DNA of 64,000 nt from Convolutriloba macropyga (taxonomy: Eukaryota), in assembly GCF_964194025.1 (NCBI RefSeq), contig NC_134479.1, positions 40,858,001 through 40,922,000 of the forward strand. Direction: 5' to 3'. This document shows, piece by piece, positions 41,755 through 54,100 of this stretch. The position numbers and the translations under genes were made by a program. The notes under the pieces were generated by a model. That model was not told the DNA's origin. It was given only the letters and a program-made list of their open reading frames with translations, and searched no databases. Position 1 is the stretch's first letter; each line of letters begins with the position of its first letter.

Positions 41755-43399
41755 TTTTTCTCATAGAAGCACCTGGTCTGAAAAAGCTTCTTGAAGCTAT
41801 ATTTTTCCCCAGTAGGTGGAATATTTGCGCCCAAACTTTCTTCAAAAATCAATGTGACGGTAATAAAAAAGAATAATTGTGCTTTCCACAAAAAGATGAA
41901 ACTTAAAGAAGAAATTACACTGTAAAAATTACGTCCTTCTCATGATAGCCCCCCCCCCCCCCGAAGTTTAGCGGTCATATAACGCATAGCCCCAAACGAT
42001 TGGTTTCCTTGAAAAGAAACAGACTGGGTACATATTGGATCTATTCGGTTTTGCCCCCCCCCCCCCGGTTACAAATTATTTATATAGCGCGTTACTATGT
42101 AAAAAATAGGTACGCCTGAGGGCGTAAAAGATACAGACCCACTAAGCTAGGGGTTCAAAACAGAATAGATCCGAAAAATAATCCAAGAGCTGCCAGAACC
42201 GTTATGGTGAAAATGGATGCTTACTCAAGACAAAATTTACGCACAACGTCGCTGGTTAACCCAAACGCAGAGACGACGTTTTTGTTTTTTTTTGTTGAAA
42301 CATGTAAATTGTTCAGATCATAACCCTACGGTTTGATATTTACATGCATTTAAATGTTAAATAAATTAATCAGAATTGTTAATAATATAATAATCTTGAA
42401 CAATTGTGGCTGTTCGTTCTAGTAGGTAAAAATAGCGTTTGAAGGCTCCTATTTGTCCATATACGCGTACTTTCTTGTGCTGAACGAGCAAAATGTCGGT
42501 TCAAAAATTTTTAAAGCAAGTTTTACAGTTAAAAGTTCTTACTGAAGTCTGCAATTTCTTCCATTTTTGAACGCTTTTCAAGATGAATGAAATTGATCTC
42601 TTGTTCTGTCTAGCGTTTTGGCTACTAGTAAGCACTTCGCCAATTCCGAATGTTTCCCAGTTTCCTATATTGTTTTGTAGCTTCATTAGGTCAACTTTTG
42701 AGATAAACAATTCGGCTGACAAGATACTATAGAATCCCTTCGGATTAACTTGGATTCTAAAGTGTCCTCCGAATTCTTGCGAAAAATTCGAATTGGGTGA
42801 AATAATTGAATTCAGAAATTAAAAGCAAATTTCAGCTCAAAGAAGAATTAATACAAGCTAACTTTTATAAAAGTGTAAAGTAGGGAAGGCAGCTTCAAAA
42901 ATTGCGTTAAAAGTTATTATGAATCGTGATACTCGAATTTAACCGTTTAGACCCCGGTTTTATCTATATTTGCGTTCACCAAGATAATTTGTCCCAGAGT
43001 CCTTGCTCTGTTTGTTTTTCCCAAACGCAGTGTTTGGTCCCAACGATAGCGTTGAACATCATATTTATTCACTGACACAATCTCGGTTCTAATGTTTAAA
43101 CCATAAATCCTTGGTTACAGATACTGTCTCATAAATAATAAGCCATAAATCAGCTTGTTTAGCTGTCACTTTCAAGTGTTTTTTTTGTTTACAGCCTTTA
43201 AAATGTAATTTTCGAAAGCTTCCGCATTAAAAATTTCATGAGCATGTTTGTAGGGTCACTACAATACCATCCTTATTGACAAGATCAGTGGAGTGGTTAA
43301 TTTTTTGTTGTCGAAAATAACAAACATCTATTCTCCAGTTAATTTACCAATTTAGGTGGTTTATGTTATTTTTGCTGAAAGAGTTTGAGTGAAATGCCA

Positions 43400-44270
43400 C
43401 TGAAAGAAAGATGAGAGAGTATATATGATTTGAAAACATCAACACTTACTTCTAAAGCAATTTGATTTCCCACAAGATACAAAGAACGAATTGCTTTAGC
43501 CATTTTGAATAAAACTGAAGTCAAGCAATTTTGATGGGTTAGGTTTGAAGCAATTTCTATTCCAGGATAACGAGAAACATGTGCTGGTTTGATAACTTCA
43601 GCTTTAAAAATAAATTTTGGATCTACCGTTGGGTCCGATTTAATATATTTGTACAGAATAACACCTCTGTTTTATCGGAAATTAAAGTGAGTTCATTCAT
43701 TGTCCGGCATTTGTTTGTGTGTTCTTGTATTTTTTCAATACTTAAGGGAATATTTTCACTACTTACAAGTTTGCCTATAATACTAGTGTCATTCGCAAAT
43801 AAAAAAATAAAACATAATCATTTTTGCCATCCAATTTTTCAGAAAAATTGTTGACGTATAAACAAGAGTTCGTAACACAGTACAATGTGGAATACCATGA
43901 TTAATATTTCTTTTATCTGATAAGTCAATGCCCAACTTTACGCTTTTTCTTCGATTTGTGAGAAAAGATTTTGGAAGTAAAATTCTTGATTTAGAGAGAT
44001 TGAGATTTTTTTTAACGTTCTCGGAAATGATCTCATGTAAAATTAAATTGAAAGCATTTGCATGATCCAAAAACGCAGCACCTGTGTGGCTGTTAAGTTC
44101 CAAATTTCATTGTATTTTTTCAGTAAAATAAAGCACAGCATCAGTAGACGACTTTCTAGATTCGATACTGGGCTGTTTCCCGTTCATGAGCCCAAATTTT
44201 TCAAGATTTTGCTTTAACTGATGTATAAACGTCTTTCAAAGTTTTTCGCAAAAATTGGTGTTACGGAAAT
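43400..44270 (-). pseudogene. Highly decayed non-LTR retrotransposon RT remnant
   Basis: FLDHANAFN (cf. FLDLxKAFD), SFLTNRRKSV, NHGIPHCTVL (cf. GVPQGTVL). Boundaries are approximate. Confidence 0.65.
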
Positions 44271-46398
44271 TAAACTATACTCAGACGCCAGTTTATTGAT
44301 GGAGGAGAAAGTAGGGTTAAACCAAAACAATTTCCTGAAAAACAGTGGCAATTATTGCTGATTTTTAAATAGTGCCCTGGAACAGCTGTTTCATGAATCA
44401 TATGAGTCAGATCATATTTGCTGCGTTTTGTAAGTACTGATGTGTTTTTCTGGGCAATCACTGTCGTGGGGACAATTGTCTTCAAGCAACCAATACGGGT
44501 ACGACACGGTTACTTTGCTTAAATAAGTACCATTCATCTAGTACCATACAATTATCCTTTGAACTGCATGCATTACTAATTAGGGATCTAAAAATTGAGA
44601 AAAATCATTCTTCAATTCACTTTGCTTCTCGATATTGAGAGGTACTTGTTCATTTTCAAATAAAGCCAATCCAGAAACAGACTGACAATTATTGCAGACA
44701 TTGATTTCAAAAACAATTAATGAACAAATCACAAGGTTACACTATATCGAATTCAGTGAAATGTTTATAGATTTTTGGCATCATGTTTTTGTTTAGAAGC
44801 CGAGATCAACTTGAAAACTGCCCTCAAATTGAGACCATATTGTGATTTAATAGGTATCGACATCTCTTCGTTAGACACCTCGATTTGCATAAATTCTTTT
44901 GATTACTTGCAATACGTCATAAAGCTTGAAGATTTATTGGAGAATACAGTCAAAAAGGTTCTGGATATTCATTTATTTTGGCTTGTCATACCACAAACGC
45001 TTTTATTGGTCACCTGATTGGCCTAAAGTTTCTTTTTGGTTGCAAAAGTGCTCGAATGGAATTTATTGAATTTGATTCATTGCTGAACTCCGAAGTTGTT
45101 GTTCTAGATTTGGGAGGTTTTTCGACATAAAGAACCTTTCATTAAAAAAAAATTGTCAAAATGTTTGAACAAATACTCCCACAATAATTTTTTCTAACAC
45201 CAATGCCGTATAATTCCCTTTCGGCGAGTGATTGGGTTAGAAATTTTTTGAAACCGTTTACCTTTGATTACTGGCACCTACTCTTACGAGTTTCCACCCA
45301 CATTTTAAATGTATATTGCAAAAATAACTTTGGTTTCTATCCAGAAAATTTCTTTCAAAATGAAAAGAGAAATCGGAATTGCTGCAGACCTGTTTGCAGG
45401 AGGAAGAGTACCTTTTGAAACTTTTTTGTTCCCCACAGTTTATGATCTGATTAAACAATTTACCTGAGCTTTGCACTCATTCGTTTTTACAAAAGAAACA
45501 AAAAAGAAAAAACTTTATGCTAAAATAAAAGCACAGTTGTATTTCTATTAGCTAACACTGCCCGATAAAGACCGGAAAAGGTAGCTGCTTCAAATCTTCT
45601 TCCATTAAATTTATCTCGAATTTTGACAATAGGCAATTACTGAACCAATTAAATCAGCTTACTTTATCATCGATCAAAGAAAAGAAAAGAGAATGATGAA
45701 GACGTACTATTCTAGGGAAATAGCAGTTTTTGTGCAATTTAATTAAGATTTAGTTGCTGGAATATATCTTCTACTACATGAAGCGTTTCAAAAATACCAT
45801 CTATGTACAGGAGAATATGAATATTCTGTCACTAATCCCTTTGCCTATTCACAAGTCCCCAGTACCTCTGTGAGTTATCCTGGCGAAAAAAAATTTCTAT
45901 GGTGAAAACAAGCCGGTAGCCAAAAAAATCAGTGTTTAGTCAATTCTCCGCTATGCAAATGATTATGGCGTCAGGCAAACTACTAAATGACACAGAAAAA
46001 GAAAGACAAAGACTTTGGATACTTTACTTATAATTTTGTTGATTGGCTGAGTTACAAACAAAACAATGATTTAATTTTAAAATTAGAATTTTTTTTTCAA
46101 AATTATAATACGCTTGTTTCAAATGAGTGAAAAAGAAGATCAGACAGATTTTTTGTTCGAGTAGTTTTGAAAGACTTCTTTTCTGATGAAGAAAAAAAGA
46201 GACGATCATGAAAACTATATAATTGGTGACTACCATGTTTAAAAATTGTCCACTTTGCTTAACTATTTTTTATACTGATTCTAATTGTTCTTTCTTTGAT
46301 TGAATTTCTCTTTAATGTGATCTTGATTCCAAAGGGTCAAAGATTCGGTTTTCATTTCTTTCATGCACAGTTGGATACGTTTATTCAAAATCAAAGCT

Positions 46399-47010
46399 AT
46401 GGACATTACAATTTCAAAGAACAATGTTTTTCTAATGGTTGTTTGTGGTCCTTTATGATGCAGACAGACAGAATTCTTGTTTTAAAAGAAAGAACTGAAA
46501 ACCACTGTTTAACTAAATGTCAAAAACAGTTTATTACATCTATCAACATGAGCAACCAAAGTAACGAAAGTATAGCCCAATAGATTGAAAACTGAACATA
46601 TTTTTTTTCAACCAACATAAAGCATTTTTTTAAATTTCGTAGCTGAAAACTATCCGCTTATGTTTAACGATTATTGTGATTAAAATTCTAACGACAAAAT
46701 TATTCAAAACTTGCAACAGCCGGAGGCCATAGAAATATTCGTTTAATTTTTGTTTAGCAGAACTTTTTTTTAACATATCAAATGGTCACAAACAATTGTT
46801 CATAAAACAACATACACTATTTTGTTCAAATCACCTACAGATATACAGCAGATCACCAATGCTGGAGAATAGTTAGACATCACAACTTTCGAAAAAAAAT
46901 CTATGAGCTCGCAGCAAAACAATATTTTGGAGGCCTAATCATTGACTTATATTCAAAGACTTCAGATTCCTTGGGTTATTGTTCAATTATTTTACAATAA
47001 GAATCAACAT
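46399..47010 (+). pseudogene. Polinton packaging ATPase (A32/FtsK-like) relic
   Basis: Read across frames: VCGPL*CRQT (Walker A relic), LMFNDYC (Walker B relic), ATAGGHR, ILFKSPTDIQQI, FGGLIIDL..KTSDSLGYCS. Confidence 0.7.
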
Positions 47011-47689
47011 TTTTTATCTACATTCGCCCGAAACGATTACAAAAAACAAATCTCATCAGGGCGATAGGATCCTCCATTTTCGATAAAACAATGAGAAGAA
47101 CACAAGACAAAGACACTCAGTCTTAACGTTTGCTCATGAAAACATGGAGCACTGGTGATGCAAGATGCGATTCAGACAAGATGAGAATCGACACTTTTGT
47201 TAGTGGCGACAGTGACATAGAGCCAATAGTCGAAAAAACGAAAAGAATGAGCATTTGAATCAGTAAGGTTTGAACTAAAATTAGTGGAGAGAAACAAAGA
47301 AAGCTGCAACGAGTCTAATTGAAGTTGTTTTCAATTCTAATAATGTTTCTAAATTTCTCCATATAAACAATGAGCCTTAACGAGTGAATAAAACAGGTTT
47401 TTTGTACAATTTACAACAACCTCTAAAAAATTGGCTTGCCAAAGTATTCCAGAACCTTGGGGAAACTTGATATGTCAACCAACCTGGTTTGTAATAAGCA
47501 CGTAAAAAATGAGATGTACAGTGAAGAGGAAAAAGAAGAAACCCTGCCAAAACAACCAAACCAAAAAGAAAAAAAGACGAAACATCATGACGGTAGAAAA
47601 TCTGAGAAAAAGGAAAAAAAAACGGAAAGCCAACTGTCGACAAAAATGAAAAAGAAGGCAGACAAAATTTCGTAGGAAAGACTGAGATT

Positions 47690-48345
47690 TTTAATGTTGA
47701 TGTGTGAGATGTTAACAAGCTTTTTTCAATTGGTCCTGTGTAATTTAGAAATCCAGATTTTGCAAAAAGAGTACAGCTTGTCAATGAAACAAATAAAGAT
47801 GCATCTGCAAACAAAAGTATTTTTCACCCAATACGGTTCACGTCACTTCAGGTTTCAAAGGATCAAAGTAATTGTAAATGACATTAATGAGATCTGGTCC
47901 GTAGATTTAGCATTTGTAGACAAAATTTCAAAATATAACCATGGCGTAGAGGTTTTGCTTGTGGCATTTGATTGTTCGTCAATGTATGTCAGGGTTGAGT
48001 CATTGAAACCAAATATGCTAAAAAAAGAGCAGATGCCTTCAAAAAGATGATCAAAAGTAACCGATCTAAAGGCGTTTGTTTTTATGAGGGTACCGATTTC
48101 CTCGATTTACTCAAAATCCTCCGCAAATAACACGGTATTCGTTTTTACAGTACGTTAAGCAAGAAGAACTCTGCAATTGAGGGAAAAATATGCACTCTTT
48201 GAAAAATATAGTCTACAGTTATTTAGGAGAAAAGTGGATTTTTCCATATATGGATAACATATATTTTTTTGTTAAAATAATGACTTCTAGAGTTAATTGA
48301 GCAATACAACTAGCACCCTACAAAGTCACAGGAAGACGCAAAAAC
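47690..48345 (+). pseudogene. Polinton retroviral-type (RVE) integrase relic, cut by satellite
   Basis: INEIWSVDLAFVDKISKYNHGVEVLLVAFDCSS, followed by an EGTDF (cf. DxGxEF) relic. Confidence 0.8.
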
Positions 48346-48910
48346 TCTTGCGTCATTTTATCCCCTCTGAACAAATTACCCCCTCACTCTTACACCATTT
48401 TACCCCCCTGGTAGTTCAACTCTTAGCTCATTCTACCCCCTGGACAAATTACACCCTCACTCTTACACCATTTTACCCACCTTTGCAGCCCAACCCTTAC
48501 ATCATTTTACCCCCTCTGAACAAATTACCCCCTCACTCTTACACCATTTTACCCCCCTTGGCAGCCCAACTCTTACATCATTTTACCCCCTCTGAACAAA
48601 TTACCCCCTCACTATAACACCTTGTAACCCCCTGGCAGCCCAACTCTTATATCATTTTACCCCCTCTGAACAAATTTTTACCCCCCTTGGCAGCCCAACT
48701 CTTACATCATTTTACCCCCTCTGAACAAATTACGCCCTCACTATTACAACTTGTTACCCCCCTGGCAGCCCAACTCTTATATCATTTTACCCCCCTGGAC
48801 AATTTACCCCCTCACTCTTACACCTGTTTACCCCCTTGGCAGCCCAACTCAAACTTCATTTTACCCCCTCTGAACAAAGTATCCCTCACTCTTACACATT
48901 TTTACGCCCC
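48345..48910. repeat. Short block of the ~76-bp satellite
   Basis: Same monomer as 51165-64000. Confidence 0.95.
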
Positions 48911-51165
48911 TTTTTTCAAATTTATAATACGCTTGTTTCAAATGAGTGAAAAAGAAGATCAGACAGATTTTTTGTTCGAGTAGTTTTGAAAGACTTCTTT
49001 TCTGATGAAGAAAAAAAGAGACGATCATGAAAACTATATAATTGGTGACTACCATGTTTAAAAGTTGTCCACTTTGCTTAACTATTTTTTATACTGTTTC
49101 TAATTGTTCTTTCTTTGATTGAATTTCTCTTTAATGTGATCTTGATTCCAAAGGGTCAAAGTTTCGGTTTTCATTTCTTTCATGCACAGTTGGATACGTT
49201 TATCCAAAATCAAAGCTATGGACATTACAATTTCAAAGAACAATGTTTTTCTAATGGTTGTTTGTGGTCCTTTATGATGCAGACAGACAGAATTCTTGTT
49301 TTAAAAGAAAGAACTGAAAACCACTGTTTAACTGTATGTCAAAAACAGTTTATTACATCTATCAACATGAGCAACCAAAGTAACGAAAGTATAGCCCAAT
49401 AGATTGAAAATTGAACATATTTTTTTTCAACCAACATAAAGCATTTTGGTTAATTTCGTAGCTGAAAACTATCCGCTTATGTTTAACGATTATTGTGATT
49501 AAAATTCTAACGACAAAAATATTCAAAACTTGCAACAGCCGGAGGCCATAGAAATATTCGTTTAATTTTTGTTTAGCAGAACTTTTTTTTAACATATCAA
49601 ATGGTCACAAACAATTGTTCATGAAACAACATACAATATTTTGTTCAAATCACCTACAGATATACAGCAGATCACCAATGCTGGAGAATAGTTAGACATC
49701 ACAATTTTTTCGAAAAAAATCTATGAGCTCGCAGCAAAACAATATTTTGGAAACCTAATCATTGACTTATATTCAAAGACTTCAGATTCCTTGGGTTATT
49801 GTTCAATTATTTTACAATAAGAATCAACATTTTTTATCTACATTCGCCCAAAACGATTACAAAAAACAAATCTCATCAGGGCGATAGGATCCTCCATTTT
49901 CGATAAAACAATGAGAAGAACACAAGACAAAGACACTCAGTCTTAACGTTTGCTCATGAAAACATGGAGCACTGGTGATGCAAGATGCGATTCAGACAAG
50001 ATGAGAATCGACACTTTTGTTAGTGGCGACAGTGACATAGAGCCAATAGTCGAAAAAACGAAAAGAATGAGCATTTGAATCAGTAAGGTTTGAACTAAAA
50101 TTAGTGGAGAGAAACAAAGAAAGCTGCAACGAGTCTAATTGAAGTTGTTTTCAATTCTAATAATGTTTCTAAATTTCTCCATATAAACAATGAGCCTCAA
50201 CGAGTGAATAAAACAGGTTTTTTGTACAATTTACAACAACCTCTAAAAAATTGGCTTGCCAAAGTATTCCAGAACCTTGGGGAAACTTGATATGTCAACC
50301 AACCTGGTTTGTAATAAGCACGTAAAAAAATGAGATGTACAGTGAAGAGGAAAAAGAAGAAACCCTGCCAAAACAACCAAACCAAAAAGAAAAAAAGACG
50401 AAACATCATGACGGTAGAAAATCTGAGAAAAAGGAAAAAAAAACGGAAAGCCAACTGTCGACAAAAATGAAAAAGAAGGCAGACAAAATTTCGTAGGAAA
50501 GACTGAGATTTTTAATGTTGATGTGTGAGATGTTAACAAGCTTTTTTCAATTGGTCCTGTGTAATTTAGAAATCCAGATTTTGCAAAAAGAGTACAGCTT
50601 GTCAATGAAACAAATAAAGATGCATCTGCAAACAAAAGTATTTTTCACCCAATACGGTTCACGTCACTTCAGGTTTCAAAGGATCAAAGTAATTGTAAAT
50701 GACATTAATGAGATCTGGTCCGTAGATTTAGCATTTGTAGACAAAATTTCAAAATATAACCATGGCGTAGAGGTTTTGCTTGTGGCATTTGATTGTTCGT
50801 CAATGTATGTCAGGGTTGAGTCATTGAAACCAAATATGCTAAAAAAAGAGTAGATGCCTTCAAAAAGATGATCAAAAGTAACCGATCTAAAGGCGTTTGT
50901 TTTTATGAGGGTACCGATTTCCTCGATTTACTCAAAATCCTCCGCAAATAACACGGTATTCGTTTTTACAGTACGTTAAGCAAGAAGAACTCTGCAATTG
51001 CGGGAAAAATATGCACTCTTTGAAAAATATAGTCTACAGTTATTTAGGAGAAAAGTGGATTTTTTCATATATGGATAACATATATTTTTTTGTTAAAATA
51101 ATGACTTCTAGAGTTAATTGAGCAATACAACTAGCACCCTACAAAGTCACAGGAAGACGCAAAAA
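48911..51165 (+). mobile_element. Duplicate of the Polinton ATPase and integrase fragment
   Basis: Near-identical to 46091-48345 at offset 2819-2821. Confidence 0.85.
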
Positions 51166-54100
51166 CTCTTGCGTCATTTTATCCCCTCTGAACAAATTAC
51201 CCCCTCACTCTTACACCATTTTACCCCCCTGGTAGTTCAACTCTTAGCTCATTCTACCCCCCTGGACAAATTACACCCTCACTCTTACACCATTTTATCC
51301 ACCTTTGCAGCCCAACCCTTACATCATTTTACCCCCTCTGAACAAATTACCCCCTCACTCTTACACCATTTTACCCCCCTTGGCAGCCCAACTCTTACAT
51401 CATTTTACCCCCTCTGAACAAATTACCCCCTCACTATAACACCTTGTTAACCCCCTGGCAGCCCAACTCTTATATCATTTTACCCCCTCTGAACAAATTA
51501 CCCCCTCACTCTTACACCATTTTACCCCCCTTGGCAGCCCAACTCTTACATCATTTTACCTCCTCTGAACAAATTACGCCCTCACTATTACATTTTGTTA
51601 CCCCCCTGGTAGTTCAACTATTAGCTCATTCTACCCCCCTGGACAAATTACACCCTCACTCTTACACCATTTTACCCACCTTTGCAGCCCAACCCTTACA
51701 TCATTTTACCCCCTCTGAACAAATTACCCCCTCACTCTTACACCATTTTACACCCCTGGTAGTTCAACTCTTAGCTCATTCTACCCCCCTGGACAAATTA
51801 CACCTTCACTCTTACACCATTTTACCCACCTTGGCGACCCAACTCTTACATCATTTTACCCCCTCTGAACAAATTACCCCCTCACTATAACACCTTGTTA
51901 ACCCCCTGGCAGCCCAACTCTTATATCATTTTACCCCCTCTGAACAAATTACCCCCTCACTCTTACACCATTTTACCCCCCTTGGCAGCCCAACTCTTAC
52001 ATCATTTTACCCCCTCTGAACAAATTACGCCCTCACTATTACAACTTGTTACCCCCCTGGCAGCCCAACTCTTATATCATTTTACCCCCCTGGACAATTT
52101 ACCCCCTCACTCTTACACCATTTTATCCACCTTTGCAGCCCAACCCTTACATCATTTTACCCCCTCTGAACAAATTACCCCCTCACTCTTACACCATTTT
52201 ACCCCCCTTGGCAGCCCAACTCTTACATCATTTTACCCCCTCTGAACAAATTACCCCCTCACTATAACACCTTGTTAACCCCCTGGCAGCCCAACTCTTA
52301 TATCATTTTACCCCCTCTGAACAAATTACCCCCTCACTCTTACACCATTTTACCCCCCTTGGCAGCCCAACTCTTACATCATTTTACCTCCTCTGAACAA
52401 ATTACGCCCTCACTATTACATTTTGTTACCCCCCTGGTAGTTCAACTATTAGCTCATTCTACCCCCCTGGACAAATTACACCCTCACTCTTACACCATTT
52501 TACCCACCTTTGCAGCCCAACCCTTACATCATTTTACCCCCTCTGAACAAATTACCCCCTCACTCTTACACCATTTTACACCCCTGGTAGTTGAACTCTT
52601 AGCTCATTCTACCCCCCTGGACAAATTACACCTTCACTCTTACACCATTTTACCCACCTTGGCGACCCAACTCTTACATCATTTTACCCCCTCTGAACAA
52701 ATTACCCCCTCACTATAACACCTTGTTAACCCCCTGGCAGCCCAACTCTTATATCATTTTACCCCCTCTGAACAAATTACCCCCTCACTCTTACACCATT
52801 TTACCCCCCTTGGCAGCCCAACTCTTACATCATTTTACCCCCTCTGAACAAATTACGCCCTCACTATTACAACTTGTTACCCCCCTGGCAGCCCAACTCT
52901 TATATCATTTTACCCCCCTGGACAATTTACCCCCTCACTCTTACACCTGTTTACCCCCCTTGGCAGCCCAACTCATACTTCATTTTACCCCCTCTGAACA
53001 AATTAACCCCTCACTCTTACACCATTTTACCCCCCTTGGCAGCCCAGCTCTTACATAATTTTACCCCCTCTGAACAAATTACCTCCTCACTCCTACTCCA
53101 ATTTACCCCCCTTGCCTGCTCAACTCTCAGCTCATTTTACCCCCCTCTGGACAAACTACCCCTCACTGTTAAACCGTTTTACACCCCTTGGCAGCCCAAA
53201 TCTTACCTCATTTTACTCCCTCTGAAGAAATTACCCCCCTTATTCTTACACCATTTTACAGCCTTTGGCAGCTCATTTCTTAGCTCATTTCAACCCCCTC
53301 TGAATAAATTACCCCCTCACTCTTACACCATTTTACCCCCTTAGCAGCCCAACTCTTACATCATTTTACCCCCTCTGGACAAATTACATCCTCACTCTTA
53401 CACCATTTTACCCCTTGGCAGCCAAACTCTTAAATCATTTTACTCCCTCTGAAGAAATTACCCCTCAATCTTCCACCACTTTACCCCCCTTGGCAGCCCA
53501 ACTTTTACCTCACTTTACCCCCTCTGGACAAATTACCCCCTCACTCTTACACGAATTTACCCCCCCCCCCCCTGGCGGCTCAACTCTTATATCATTTTAC
53601 CCCCTCTGGACAAGTTACACCCTCACTCTTACACCATTTTACCCCTTGGCAGCCAAACTCTTAAATCATTTTACTCCCTCTGAAGAAATTACCCCTCACT
53701 ATTCCACCATTTTACCCCCCTTGGCAGCCCAACTTTTACCTCACTTTACCCCCTCTGGACAAATTACCCCCTCACTCTTACACGAATTTACCCCCCCCCC
53801 CCTGGCAGCTCAACCCTCAGCTCACTTAACGCCCCTCTGGACAAATTACCCCCTCACTCTTATACCATTTTACCCACCTTGGCAGCCCAACTCTTACATC
53901 ATTTTGCCCCCTCTGAACAAATTGCCCCCTCATTCTTACACCAATTTACCCCTCCCCCCTGGCAGCTCAACTCTTAGCTCACTTTACGCCCATCTGGACA
54001 AATTACCCCCTCACTCTTACACCATTTTACCCACCTTGGCAGCCCAAATCTTGCATCATTTTACCCCCTCTGGACAAGTTACACCCTCACTCTTACACCA

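Larger units (their letters stand above)
45050..48345 (+). mobile_element. Decayed Maverick/Polinton fragment
   Basis: Co-oriented packaging-ATPase and integrase relics. Possible additional decayed ORF near 45050 (VVVLDLGGF). Left boundary is approximate. Confidence 0.75.
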
